Origin: an uncultured bacterium
GTDB lineage: Bacteria; Auribacterota; Erginobacteria; Erginobacterales; Erginobacteraceae
Assembly: GCA_937885075.1 (NCBI GenBank)
Contig: CAKZYZ010000333.1
Location: forward strand, 1-63,261
Length of the DNA: 63,261 bases
Reading direction: 5' to 3'
Of the stretch, positions 45,975 to 55,311 are shown in pieces. Below the pieces are notes generated by a model that did not search any database, was not told the DNA's origin, and saw only the letters and a program-made list of their open reading frames with translations. Within the stretch, counting starts at the first letter, position 1, and every line of letters starts with the position of its first letter. A program made the translations under genes and the position numbers.

Positions 45975-46125
45975 TTGATCGGTCGGATCCGACCGATCCG
46001 ACTGATGCTCAGCTCTTAACGCCGGTCCACTCCCCACCGCCTGTTGCTCTTTGCCAATGCGTCGTTCGACGCCGTGCCCGCCATAGCTTTAGCGACGGCT
46101 GGTTCGAAGTTCGACGTTGAAAGTT
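45975..46125 (-). repeat. Mosaic between the Spt-like and GNAT genes (E, M2, M1, A modules)
   Basis: Perfect 22-bp palindrome GATCGGTCGGATCCGACCGATC (45977-45998). GCCAATGCGTCGTTCGACG is the reverse complement of M2. CCCGCCATAGCTTTAGCG is the reverse complement of M1. TTCGAAGTTCGACGTTGAAAG are A words. Confidence 0.85.
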
Positions 46126-46131
46126 CAGATT

Positions 46132-47313
46132 TTAAATCACTCCCAGTTCTTTCCCCGCCTTCTCAAAGATCTCCAGAGCGAAATCAAGCTGAGAGTCGGT
46201 ATGGGTGGCCATGAAACTGGTCCGGATCAGGGTCTGGTCCGGGGGGACAGCCGGGGGGACAACCGGATTGACGAAGATCCCGGCGTCATAAAGGATCTTC
46301 CTCATCATGAAAGCTTTCTCCATGTCTCCGATAATCAGGGGGATAATCGGAGTTTCGCTGGTACAGGTGTCATACCCCATCGCCTGGAAACCATCCCGCA
46401 TCTTCTGGGTTATCTCCCAGAGCCGTTCCCGACGTTCCGGCTCATCCTCAATAATATCCAGACAAGCCATTACCGTTGCTACTGCCGAGGGAGGGAGACT
46501 GGCGCTGAAGATCAGGGGACGGGCATGATGTTTCAGATAATGAATTACCGATTCATCTCCCGCGATGCATCCCCCGATTGAGGCAAGAGATTTGCTGAAT
46601 GTGATCATAGTAAGATCGGTCTCATCCTCCAGGCCGAAGTGCTCGGCAGTTCCCCGTCCGTTCTTTCCCAGTACTCCCACCGAATGAGCGTCATCAACCA
46701 TGACGCGGGCGCCGTATTTATGAGCCAGTTTGATGATCTCAGGAAGTTGGGCTATATCACCTTCCATGCTGAAGACCCCGTCGATCACGATCAACTTCCC
46801 ATTGTCATTACAGAGACCGAGTACCCTCTCCAGGTCAGCCATGTCATTATGGAGAAACTTTTTAATCTTGCCGAAAGCCAGCCTGGTTCCATCTATAATA
46901 CTGGCATGGTCGAGGCGGTCGATCAGGACGGAGTCACCTTTTCCGACCAGGGCGGCTATGGTCCCCAGGTTGGTCTGAAATCCGGTTGAGAAGACCAGAG
47001 CATCTTCCTTGCGATAGAAGGCCGCCAGTCGTTCTTCAAGTTCGCGGTGGATATCCAGAGTGCCGTTTAAAAATCGTGATCCGGCACAGCCGGTCCCGTA
47101 TTTCTCAAGAGCTGCCGCCGCCGCGGCTTTTACCTTTGGATGGCAGGTCAGACCCAGGTAACTGTTGGAGCCAAGCATCAATATCTTACGCCCATCGATA
47201 GTAACCTCAGTCTCTTGGGCGGAAGATATCTCGGTGAAGTATGGGTAGATACCCATATCCATAATCTCTCTGGCCTTGGTAAAATTTTTGCATTTGTCAA
47301 ATAGATCAGCCAT
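46132..47313 (-). CDS. Alpha-oxoamine synthase family PLP enzyme (serine palmitoyltransferase-like; KBL/BioF are alternatives)
   Basis: 393 aa. [28 protein letters not shown], DxxxHASIIDG, VDDAHSVG, and FSKSL with the PLP lysine. Confidence 0.88.
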   Translation of the reverse strand: MADLFDKCKNFTKAREIMDMGIYPYFTEISSAQETEVTIDGRKILMLGSNSYLGLTCHPKVKAAAAAALEKYGTGCAGSRFLNGTLDIHRELEERLAAFYRKEDALVFSTGFQTNLGTIAALVGKGDSVLIDRLDHASIIDGTRLAFGKIKKFLHNDMADLERVLGLCNDNGKLIVIDGVFSMEGDIAQLPEIIKLAHKYGARVMVDDAHSVGVLGKNGRGTAEHFGLEDETDLTMITFSKSLASIGGCIAGDESVIHYLKHHARPLIFSASLPPSAVATVMACLDIIEDEPERRERLWEITQKMRDGFQAMGYDTCTSETPIIPLIIGDMEKAFMMRKILYDAGIFVNPVVPPAVPPDQTLIRTSFMATHTDSQLDFALEIFEKAGKELGVI

Positions 47314-47339
47314 ATATTTTTACTCCGTAAAAATATTAA

Positions 47340-48329
47340 TTACAACCATCCTTCAGTTTGATACCAGCGGATAGTATCGTGTAATCCTTGTTTTAGGTCA
47401 TAGTGAGGTTTGAATCCCAGCTCATCCTGAGCCCGATTAATGTTACAGACCCAATAGTTATGGTTCATTTCATTGATTTTGTCCAGATAAAATCCTGCCT
47501 TTGACCTGGGAAATATCCGGGCCAGCATCTTAATCGTTGCCAGGGCCGGTCCCCAGGGGAGAGTTATCGTGAAAGAACTTTTCTCCAGAATCTTCCTGAT
47601 AATAGAGAATGCCTCCATCCAGTTGTACTCTCTTCCGTCGCCGATGAAGTAAACCCGTAATCCGGGGTCTCTCCTCCGACTGGCCAGCAGAAGCGCGTCA
47701 ACCATGTCCGCGACATGAAGCGCGCTGAAGATATTTTTATCCCCACCGGGGATACAGCGCAGTCTGGAACCTGCCAGTTTGATCAGTCGTAGAGTCTCGG
47801 CATCTCTGGGGCCGTAGACTGCCGGCGGTCGGAGAATAGAGATAGGGATATCATCACTGAAATGTTCCGCCTCCCGCTCCGCCGCCAGTTTGCTTTCTCC
47901 ATAAAAGCTCACCGGCCGGGGTGATTCCTCCTCATTTAAGAGATGGCCGTCCGGACTGGGCCCGGCCGCGGCGAGGCTGCTGACCAGGATAAACTGATCC
48001 AGCTTGACCTTGCTCTCCCGCACGGCTTCCAGGAGATTCCTGGTCCCCTCCTGATTGGTTTTGAAGAAATCTTTCCGGGTTTTCCCTTTGATTCTTCCCG
48101 CCAGGTGGAAGACGGTTTTTACTCCTTTAAGCGGTTTTATCAGGGAGTCTTTGTCGTCAAGTGTACCGATGGAGAATTCGATTCCATCATGATCGAGAAA
48201 CCGGCGGGAACTGGTCTCTCTGATCAGACATCGAACTCTCCAACCATCTTGAAGCAGTGATTCTACCAGGTGACTACCTATAAATCCGGTTCCACCGGTT
48301 ACCAGGGCTGTTCTAGAATTATTTTTCAT
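47340..48329 (-). CDS. NAD-dependent epimerase/dehydratase family SDR (candidate ceramide reductase-like)
   Basis: N-terminal Rossmann VTGGTGFIGSHL. YGESK catalytic motif. Confidence 0.85.
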   Translation of the reverse strand: MKNNSRTALVTGGTGFIGSHLVESLLQDGWRVRCLIRETSSRRFLDHDGIEFSIGTLDDKDSLIKPLKGVKTVFHLAGRIKGKTRKDFFKTNQEGTRNLLEAVRESKVKLDQFILVSSLAAAGPSPDGHLLNEEESPRPVSFYGESKLAAEREAEHFSDDIPISILRPPAVYGPRDAETLRLIKLAGSRLRCIPGGDKNIFSALHVADMVDALLLASRRRDPGLRVYFIGDGREYNWMEAFSIIRKILEKSSFTITLPWGPALATIKMLARIFPRSKAGFYLDKINEMNHNYWVCNINRAQDELGFKPHYDLKQGLHDTIRWYQTEGWL

Positions 48330-48461
48330 AGAAATATGGAAAGAAATTAATATAATGGTCCCATATATTCAAGTGATATATATTGTTATTGCTGTAGGTC
48401 TGAAAATATAGTAGTAAGATAGATAATTATTATAGATCAATAGGATATATTTTTGTAAAAT

Positions 48462-48512
48462 GCGTTAACTTCAATGTACTTCCAATTAGTTAGCGCCGAA
48501 GGCGATAACTAA
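48462..48512 (+). promoter_or_regulatory. Leader cassette ending in the ATG of 48512
   Basis: GCGTTAACTTCAATGTACTTCCAA + TTAGTTAGCGCC-GAA-GGCGATAACTAA. The last A of the stem is the A of the ATG. No SD. Confidence 0.8.
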
Positions 48513-49147
48513 TGAAGATAATTTTCATCTGCTTATTTCTCTCCCTAATCGGACAGACGGATTATATCACCGTCTCCCCGGAACGTCTGGGGTCAGAACC
48601 GGAGGAATATATCGGGGTCCCGATAAAACTCAAATGCCGGTTCCTTAAGGAGGATTCCACCTGGCTCAATGATGCCGATGTTCCTCGTTCGGATAAGAAA
48701 TGGGTCAGCTTTGTGGTAGAGGCAAAAGGCCGCATCTTTGCCCAGCTGTTTTATCCCCGTGAGAAGGCGGAGTATCTGGATCGTTTCGAGAATAAGGATC
48801 GTCTTATTGTCTACGGCAAGGTATTCAGTGCCCGGTTTAACTTTCCCTGGATCGATGTAGATAAAATCTCCGAGGGCTGGGTTGTGGGAGAGGAGCCGAC
48901 AGCCTTAAAGGATGAGAGGATCAAGATGGCCCGGGAGTATGAGGATTTTTTAAAAGCCCGGAGCCGGATCCTGGAGGAGCTCAAACTGGATGATGTCCAG
49001 GATATTTATATCCAGCAGAAAGCCTTGATTAAACTCCTGATCGACAGAAAAATCATCACCCGGAAGGAGTTTGACCGAGAATTATCTCATCAGAAAGTCA
49101 AGCCCACCCCGGTGCCGGATTGGGAGTTGATCCTTCAGCGAAAATAA
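48512..49147 (+). CDS. Hypothetical exported protein
   Basis: 211-aa ORF with a hydrophobic N-terminus MKIIFICLFLSLIG. Preceded by the conserved leader palindrome and followed by a terminator hairpin. No family recognised. Confidence 0.6.
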   Translation: MKIIFICLFLSLIGQTDYITVSPERLGSEPEEYIGVPIKLKCRFLKEDSTWLNDADVPRSDKKWVSFVVEAKGRIFAQLFYPREKAEYLDRFENKDRLIVYGKVFSARFNFPWIDVDKISEGWVVGEEPTALKDERIKMAREYEDFLKARSRILEELKLDDVQDIYIQQKALIKLLIDRKIITRKEFDRELSHQKVKPTPVPDWELILQRK

Positions 49148-49179
49148 ACGTTGCGGCTTCGCCACAACGTTTATGTTTT
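49146..49179 (+). terminator. Terminator hairpin after the hypothetical gene 48512-49147
   Basis: AAACGTTGCGGC-TTC-GCCACAACGTTT followed by ATGTTTT. Confidence 0.65.
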
Positions 49180-49254
49180 GAATAATGACCATAATAGCAG
49201 ACAAGTATTTGATAGAAAATTTAGGCATGTTATAGGCATCTGGCATAATTGAGA

Positions 49255-49330
49255 TTACAACTCCCGGAAAGCCGGGTGAAAGCGAATAACTTTAGGCACT
49301 TCAAACTTCAGGCATTTTAGGCACTTCAGA
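49255..49330 (+). repeat. Family F-like array upstream of the molybdoenzyme genes
   Basis: CCCGG-AAAG-CCGGG hairpin, then GTGAAAGCGAATAACTTTAGGCACTTCAAACTTCAGGCATTTTAGGCACTTCAG. This shares the GGGTRAAAGCGAAYAACTTTAGGCAC lead-in with 22180 and 27716. Confidence 0.8.
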
Positions 49331-49362
49331 AGTTGCCCGAACGAAGTGAAGGGTAAGTTCTT

Positions 49363-51636
49363 ATGAAATATAAGTATGTCGAAAAAAGGATCCCCAGGAT
49401 TGACGCGAGGGATAAGGTGACCGGGAAGACTCTCTATTCCACCGATCGTTATCCGGAGGGGATGCTTCGGGCCCGGGTACTGAGGAGCGCGCTTCCTCAC
49501 GCGAAGATAATTAAGCTTGATGTCTCTAAAGCCCGGGAACTGGCGGGAGTGGAAGCGGTGCTTACCCATGAAGATGTTCCCGGCCATAATGGATTTGGAA
49601 TAGTAACCCCCAACTGGCCGGTTCTCTGCGTCGACCGGGTTAAATACCGGGGCGACGCGATCGCCCTGGTGGCGGCGGTGGATGAAGAGACGGCGGAGGA
49701 GGCCCTCTCCCTGATCGAAGTGGAGTATGAACCACTTCCGATTATTGACAGCCCGGAAGAGTCTCTCAGTCCGGATGCTCCCCTGATCCACGAAGATGGT
49801 AATATCCTCCATACAATGGATATTCCTCCCAAGGGGGACGTGGAGAAGGGATTGGCGGAGTCGGAGATTGTTCTCGAGCAGACCTATAAGACCCAGTTCA
49901 TGGAGCATGCCTATATAGAGACAGAAGGCGGCGTGGGCGTCTACAATGAAGATGATGGTGTGGTCACGATCTGGTGCGGAAGTCAGTACGCCTTCCGCGA
50001 TCAGCTCCAGATCGCCCGTTCGCTGGACTGGGAACCGGAGAAGATCAGGGTGATCGGATCTCCGACCGGCGGAGCTTTTGGAGGGAAAGACGAGATCAGT
50101 GTTCAGATTCATCTGGCAATGTTGGCGATATACACGAAAAAACCGGTCCGTCTTCACTGGAGTCGGGAAGAGTCTATTGTGGCCGGTCCCAAGCGGCATG
50201 CCATGACCGCCAGCTTCCGGATCGGAGCTGGCCATGACGGGGTATTCCGGGCGATCGATGTAAAAGTTGTCGCCAATGGAGGCGCCTACGATACCATCTC
50301 CGGCCCGGTTCTCAACCTGGCCCTGGAATCATCCCCTGGTCCCTATAAATACGCTGATTCCCGTTTTAAAGGTATCACTGCCTATACAAATAACGCGATG
50401 GGGGGTGAGTTCCGTGGTTTTGGCGCCCCCCAGGTTGTCTTCGGGGTGGAACAGGAACTTGACAAGCTGGCCCGGAAGCTTCAAATGGACCCGATTGAAC
50501 TCCGCCTCTTAAATGCCGTGGAAGAAGGCGATATCTCCGCCATCGGGCACAGACTTAATACCAGTGCCGGGATTAAGGAGACCCTCGTCGCCGCGGCCGC
50601 TACTTCTCTCTGGAAGGACCGTGATGAAATTAAACATAAGCTCTCCGGCGAAAATAGATACCGGGAGTACGGGATAGGAGTTGCCTCCGAATGGCATGCT
50701 GTTGGAATGGGGGTGGGTATTCCCGACTTCTCCAATATTATCATTGAGATCGGAGAAGGGGGGGCGATAACCCTCCGGACCGGCGCGATTGAGATGGGGC
50801 AGGGGAACCTGACAGCCTATGCCCAGATGCTGGCCGAGGTACTGGAATGCGATATCTCGGCGATCGATGTTATCCACGGAGATACCACGGCCTGTCCTGA
50901 CTCCGGATCAGTTACCGCTTCCCGATCTATCCTGGTTAACGGCAACGCGATCATTGATGGCGTGAGTATCCTGAAACCCATACTGATAAAGATAGCGTCG
51001 GAGAAGCTTGGCATCCCGGAAGATGAACTTGAATATGGCGACGGACGGGTATTCTCCCGGAATGATTCAGGTATCGCGCTGACCCTGGCGGATATCGCGG
51101 ATCAGGCAATTTCCTCATCCCGGTCGCTCAAGGTTACAGGGCACGCGGTTATTGCTATTTCGGATAAGGACTTCGGGGACGGACTGCCTCACAATTATTA
51201 TACCTATATCACCCAGATAGCATTGGTCGGAGTAGATACCGGGACCGGGGAAGTGGAAGTTATCAAGGTGATATCAATCCCCGAGATGGGAAGGGCCATT
51301 AACATAGACGGGGTGGAAGGCCAGTGCGAAGGTTCGGTGGTTATGGGTCAGGGCTACACTCTATATGAAAATATAATAGTGGAAAAGGGTGAGTTCAAGA
51401 CCACCAGTTTTTCTACTTATATTCTGCCCACCGCTCTTGATGTCCCGGAACATGAGACGATCATAGTGGAGAAACCGGAGAAGACCGGTCCTTTTGGAGC
51501 CAAAGGAGTAGGTGAAGCTCCCACGGTCCCGATTATCCCGGCGATCGCCAACGCTATCTATGACGCCGTAGGTATCCGTCTGGAAAAACTCCCCATCACC
51601 CCGGAGTATGTGATGGAGAAGCTAAGGGAGGGATAA
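49363..51636 (+). CDS. Molybdopterin-dependent oxidoreductase, large subunit (xanthine dehydrogenase/aldehyde oxidoreductase family)
   Basis: 757 aa. a/b-hammerhead N-domain (VTGKTLYSTD), GGAFGGK, and a C-terminal GVGE..P motif. Confidence 0.9.
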   Translation: MKYKYVEKRIPRIDARDKVTGKTLYSTDRYPEGMLRARVLRSALPHAKIIKLDVSKARELAGVEAVLTHEDVPGHNGFGIVTPNWPVLCVDRVKYRGDAIALVAAVDEETAEEALSLIEVEYEPLPIIDSPEESLSPDAPLIHEDGNILHTMDIPPKGDVEKGLAESEIVLEQTYKTQFMEHAYIETEGGVGVYNEDDGVVTIWCGSQYAFRDQLQIARSLDWEPEKIRVIGSPTGGAFGGKDEISVQIHLAMLAIYTKKPVRLHWSREESIVAGPKRHAMTASFRIGAGHDGVFRAIDVKVVANGGAYDTISGPVLNLALESSPGPYKYADSRFKGITAYTNNAMGGEFRGFGAPQVVFGVEQELDKLARKLQMDPIELRLLNAVEEGDISAIGHRLNTSAGIKETLVAAAATSLWKDRDEIKHKLSGENRYREYGIGVASEWHAVGMGVGIPDFSNIIIEIGEGGAITLRTGAIEMGQGNLTAYAQMLAEVLECDISAIDVIHGDTTACPDSGSVTASRSILVNGNAIIDGVSILKPILIKIASEKLGIPEDELEYGDGRVFSRNDSGIALTLADIADQAISSSRSLKVTGHAVIAISDKDFGDGLPHNYYTYITQIALVGVDTGTGEVEVIKVISIPEMGRAINIDGVEGQCEGSVVMGQGYTLYENIIVEKGEFKTTSFSTYILPTALDVPEHETIIVEKPEKTGPFGAKGVGEAPTVPIIPAIANAIYDAVGIRLEKLPITPEYVMEKLREG

Positions 51637-51637
51637 A

Positions 51638-51787
51638 GGGGATCAGGTTATCAGGAGATCAGGTTATCAGGAGATCAGGTTATCAGGAGATCAGGGGATC
51701 AGGTTATCAGGAGATCAGGGGATCAGGGTATCAGGAGATCAGGCGAGGCATTCTACCTGATAACCTGATCCCCTGATATCCTGATTA
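51638..51787. repeat. Family C word-palindrome between the molybdoenzyme L and S genes; 13 versus 4 octamers
   Basis: Left arm 51638-51743 = 13 tandem (G/T/A)(G/T/A)ATCAGG octamers. Centre CGAGGCATTCTA. Right arm 51756-51787 = 4 CCTGAT words. Confidence 0.9.
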
Positions 51788-51867
51788 ATCTATCTTTTAA
51801 AAGTTCTTCGAACGAAAAGACAGCTGATATATTTACAAAAGATATCAATTTTTACGGAGTAAAAATT

Positions 51868-52350
51868 ATGAATGAGATAACAGTAAAATTTACCTTAAAC
51901 GGGGAAGAGGTAAGTATTTCAGCTCCTCCCTATTTTACCCTGCTCCGGCTTTTACGGGAACGGCTTGGACTGACAGGGGCCAAACCCGGATGCGAGCGGG
52001 GAGAGTGCGGCGCCTGTACGGTGCTGTTGGATGGGGAACCGGTGACCTCCTGCCTGGTTCTGGTCCCCCAGGTGGAAGGGCGCAGGGTAGATACCATTGA
52101 AGGGTTGTCTGATGGAGATCACCTCCACCCGCTGCAGCAGGCTTTCATAGATGAGAGCGCGGTCCAGTGCGGGTACTGTATCCCGGGGATGATCATATCG
52201 GCCAAATCACTTCTGGATAATAATGATTCACCAACCCGCGATGAGATCAAGCGGGCCATCTCCGGGAATATCTGCCGTTGTACCGGATACGTCAAGATTA
52301 TTCGCGCGGTAGAAGTGGCCGCGGAAAGGATGAGAGAAGATGAAATTTAA
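51868..52350 (+). CDS. (2Fe-2S)-binding small subunit of the molybdo-oxidoreductase
   Basis: CERGECGACTV and QCGYCIPG..CRCTGY cysteine clusters. Confidence 0.94.
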   Translation: MNEITVKFTLNGEEVSISAPPYFTLLRLLRERLGLTGAKPGCERGECGACTVLLDGEPVTSCLVLVPQVEGRRVDTIEGLSDGDHLHPLQQAFIDESAVQCGYCIPGMIISAKSLLDNNDSPTRDEIKRAISGNICRCTGYVKIIRAVEVAAERMREDEI

Positions 52351-53194
52351 TTATCAGAGAGTTAATACCGTATCCGAGGCACTGGAAGCACTGAGCGGGA
52401 ATAATGAGACCCGAAAGATACTGGCCGGCGGAACCGATCTTCTGGTTATGATTCAGGAGCATCTCATATCTCCCGGTGAGCTGCTGGATATCAGCGGGAT
52501 TGAAGAATTAAAAGAGATCGGAGAAGATGATGGGATGATCCGTCTGGGGGCTCTGGTGACCCACGGCCGGATTGCCGATAGTCCCCTCTTGCGGGAGAAG
52601 GCACTGCCCCTGGTGGAGAGCTGCGGTGAAGTTGGTTCTCCCCAGATCCGTAATCTGGGGACAATCGGGGGTAATCTGGTAATGGCCTCCCCCTCCGGTG
52701 ATTCGATTCCGGCGCTCTATGTACTGGGCGCGGAAGTGATTCTGGCAAGCAATGAGGGGGAGCGCTCGATCCCGATTGAGGAATTTTTAATCGGGGTAAA
52801 GAAGAGTGCTATCCGCTCCGATGAACTTCTGGTCGCGGTTATCTTTCCCGGGATGGGCGCCGATGACCGGGGATTCTTCAGGAAACTGGGGCAGCGCAAG
52901 GCCCTGGCTATCTCCAAGGTCTCAACCGCCGCGATTGTCTCTCTCCGGGATGGAGTTATAGCATCAGCCCGGATTGCCCTGGGAGCGGTCGCGACCACGG
53001 TTATCAGGACCCCCCGCACCGAATCTTTTCTGGTTGGTCAACCGCTTACTCCCGAAGTAATCTCTGAGGCGGCCCGTCTCTGTTCGGAAGAGTCCCGGGC
53101 CATCACCGATATCCGCTCCAATGCCGCTTACCGGGACGAGATGGCGGGGTTGCTGCTCTCCCGGGGCCTGGCAGAGATCGCGGAAGAGAACTAA
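52340..53194 (+). CDS. FAD-binding medium subunit of the molybdo-oxidoreductase
   Basis: ILAGGTDLLV and TIGGNL motifs. Overlaps the small-subunit gene by 11 nt. Confidence 0.9.
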   Translation: MKFNYQRVNTVSEALEALSGNNETRKILAGGTDLLVMIQEHLISPGELLDISGIEELKEIGEDDGMIRLGALVTHGRIADSPLLREKALPLVESCGEVGSPQIRNLGTIGGNLVMASPSGDSIPALYVLGAEVILASNEGERSIPIEEFLIGVKKSAIRSDELLVAVIFPGMGADDRGFFRKLGQRKALAISKVSTAAIVSLRDGVIASARIALGAVATTVIRTPRTESFLVGQPLTPEVISEAARLCSEESRAITDIRSNAAYRDEMAGLLLSRGLAEIAEEN

Positions 53195-53203
53195 ACCGGG
53201 GAT

Positions 53204-53269
53204 TGATCCGACCGATCCGACCGATCATAGATCCGACCGATCAGTCCGATCCGACTGATCCGTCCGATT
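53204..53269 (+). repeat. Family E nonamer array (TCCGACCGA variants), direct only
   Basis: GATCCGACC GATCCGACC GATCATAGA TCCGACCGA TCAGTCCGA TCCGACTGA TCCGTCCGA. Ends 10 nt before the mocA ATG. Confidence 0.85.
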
Positions 53270-53279
53270 AAATACCGCA

Positions 53280-53897
53280 ATGACAAACCCCAGAGCAGAG
53301 CGCCCTGTCTACGCCATCATCCTGGCCGCCGGCGAGTCCCGCCGGTTTGGCCGGAAAAATAAACTCTTCCTCCGCTATGGCAGTGAAACAATCCTGGAAG
53401 CATCAGTTAAGCACATCCTCGATTCCCGGGTGGACGGAACCGTCGTGGTGGTGGGGCATCAGGCGGATCGGGTAAAGGACATCCTGAAAAAATATTCCTG
53501 CCCCACGGTCATCAACCCAAACTATCGGGAGGGGATGGGAAGCTCGGTTGTCGTAGGAATTGATTATTGGCTGGAAAGGATCGGGCGGAGCCCTACGGCG
53601 GGGTTCCTCTTCACGCTCAGCGATCAGCCCTCCATCCCGACAGCGGTAATAGATAAACTGATCGATAAATACCGTGATACCGGGGCGGGTATCGTGGTCC
53701 CGGTCTTCAATGGCCGCCGGGGCCATCCCTCGATTCTTAACCAAAAGTACGCTGATGAGATCCGGCAAGCCGCCGGCCGGTGGGGCGCCCGGGAGGTCAT
53801 CCTTAGTCATCCTGATAAGATCTTAAGCGTCCCGGTTGATGAGGAAGGGGTCATCCGGGATATTGATACTCCGGAGGATTATAAGAATTCGGAGTAA
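53280..53897 (+). CDS. mocA: Molybdenum cofactor cytidylyltransferase-like nucleotidyltransferase (MocA family)
   Basis: AIILAAGESRRFG N-terminal motif. Lies next to the molybdoenzyme subunits. Confidence 0.82.
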   Translation: MTNPRAERPVYAIILAAGESRRFGRKNKLFLRYGSETILEASVKHILDSRVDGTVVVVGHQADRVKDILKKYSCPTVINPNYREGMGSSVVVGIDYWLERIGRSPTAGFLFTLSDQPSIPTAVIDKLIDKYRDTGAGIVVPVFNGRRGHPSILNQKYADEIRQAAGRWGAREVILSHPDKILSVPVDEEGVIRDIDTPEDYKNSE

Positions 53898-54088
53898 TCT
53901 TCCGAACAAACTATATTATTTTGTCATCTTTTCTGGTTGACGCGGCAATCCGATGATGATAGCTTCCCCCCTTCATAGATCAAAAAACAAAAAAAATTAC
54001 CAGCGGTGTTAATTTTAGTGCATCAAGCGATTGTTAGTAGTTTTAATGGCATTGCCACAATAAACTCACGATAATCGTTTTTCAAAAC

Positions 54089-54117
54089 TAAATTAGCGAC
54101 CAAAGGGAGCTAATTTA
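54089..54117 (+). promoter_or_regulatory. Variant leader palindrome immediately 5' of rplM
   Basis: TAAATTAGC-GACCAAAGGGA-GCTAATTTA, followed directly by ATG 54118. The loop holds a weak AAGGGA SD-like sequence. Confidence 0.65.
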
Positions 54118-54540
54118 ATGAAGACATATTCAGCAAAACCAAAAGATATCGAGAGGAAGTGGTATCTGATCGACGCGAAAGATCAGGTACTGGGGCGGAT
54201 GTCGACCCGGATCGCCGATCTGTTACGGGGAAAGAATAAACCTATATATACCCCCCACATGGATACCGGTGATTTCGTGGTAGTGATCAATGCCGAGAAA
54301 GTAATAGTTACGGGCAAGAAGGCGGAGCAGAAGGAGTATCAGAGATATAGTGGATATCCCGGGGGCTTGAAAAAAATTCCATATAAACGGATGATGGAGA
54401 CTCATCCGGAGAGGATAATCGAGCACGCCGTCCGGGGGATGATCCCGCATAACCGTCTGGGGCGGGCCATGATTAAAAAATTAAAGGTATATGCCGGAAC
54501 CAATCACCCGCACGAGGCTCAGCAACCGGAAGTATTGTAA
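54118..54540 (+). CDS. rplM: 50S ribosomal protein L13
   Basis: [35 protein letters not shown]. Confidence 0.97.
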   Translation: MKTYSAKPKDIERKWYLIDAKDQVLGRMSTRIADLLRGKNKPIYTPHMDTGDFVVVINAEKVIVTGKKAEQKEYQRYSGYPGGLKKIPYKRMMETHPERIIEHAVRGMIPHNRLGRAMIKKLKVYAGTNHPHEAQQPEVL

Positions 54541-54575
54541 ATAGATATTATAGATAGAGAAAAAATTAACAGAAG

Positions 54576-54628
54576 GCGTCAATCTTAGTGTATCTCCACT
54601 AAGTTAGCGCCGGAGGCGCTAACTTAAG
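54576..54628 (+). promoter_or_regulatory. Leader cassette immediately 5' of rpsI
   Basis: GCGTCAATCTTAGTGTATCTCCACT + AAGTTAGCGCC-GGA-GGCGCTAACTT, then AAG-ATG. No SD. Confidence 0.8.
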
Positions 54629-55027
54629 ATGAGTGACAAGATAAAATATTACGCGACCGGGAGACGGAAGACAGCTGTAGCTAAGGTCTGGATCCGTCCC
54701 GGGGTAGGAAAATTCAGTATCAATCATCGGCATGACCTGGAGGACTATTTCCATCGGGAACTGCTGGTAAAGATAATAAAGGCGCCCTTGCAGGTGACAG
54801 ATAACATGGGACAGTTTGATGTCATTGCCCAGGTCTCCGGCGGTGGCAAAGCGGGCCAGGCCGGCGCTCTTTCGCATGGGATCGCCCGGGCTCTGGTTGA
54901 GTCTAACGCTGATCTCCGTTCCCCCCTTAAATCAGCCGGTCTTCTGACCCGTGATCCTCGGAAGAAAGAGAGAAAAAAATACGGCCAGGCCGGCGCCCGA
55001 AAGAAATTCCAGTTCTCGAAGAGATAA
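54629..55027 (+). CDS. rpsI: 30S ribosomal protein S9
   Basis: [45 protein letters not shown]. Confidence 0.97.
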   Translation: MSDKIKYYATGRRKTAVAKVWIRPGVGKFSINHRHDLEDYFHRELLVKIIKAPLQVTDNMGQFDVIAQVSGGGKAGQAGALSHGIARALVESNADLRSPLKSAGLLTRDPRKKERKKYGQAGARKKFQFSKR

Positions 55028-55058
55028 AATCGGATTATCCGATTCTGTCTTTTTGATG

Positions 55059-55089
55059 AAAAAGTCCCGCAGTTTGCGGGGCTTTTTTT
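55059..55089 (+). terminator. Rho-independent terminator after rpsI
   Basis: AGTCCCGCA-GTT-TGCGGGGCT followed by a T7 run. Confidence 0.85.
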
Positions 55090-55128
55090 ATGTTAAAACC
55101 AGATTGTTTTTGATATAAATAGTACAAG

Positions 55129-55283
55129 AACTTAGCTTCGCAACTTTTTTGCCACTAAGACACTAAGACACAAAGAAAAGATTTAAAGATGCAATAACAA
55201 CGTTTTTTTATATTTCTTGAGTTTTTCTTAGTGTCTTTGTGCCTTTGTGGCGGATTTATTTATATTCCGAAGCAGTAAAGTAT
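55129..55283 (+). mobile_element. Family G MITE-like element, copy 5
   Basis: GAACTTAGCTTCGCAACTTTTTT + GCCACTAAGACACTAAGACACAAAGAAAAG .. TTTTTCTTAGTGTCTTTGTGCCTTTGTGGC + GGATTTATTTATATTCCGAAGCAG. Confidence 0.8.
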
Positions 55284-55311
55284 GACTAACGTATTATAAA
55301 GGAGTACGATC

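Noticed and set aside
51638-51743. Possible CRISPR array, on account of the regular short repeats here and at 50-342, 18535-18617 and 29284-29414.
   Set aside because: The repeats are 7-9 nt and directly abutting, with no unique spacers (at 50-342 they are 46-74-nt hairpin units with 21-52-nt gaps). The arrays are followed by their own reverse complement. There are no cas genes in the window.
53752-53759. CTGATGAG, a hammerhead ribozyme core-like octamer. Also CGAAAC within the J element words near 41010.
   Set aside because: The first lies inside the mocA coding frame with no matching GAAA/stem III partner. The second is part of a tandem word with no CUGAUGA nearby. No complete hammerhead can be assembled.
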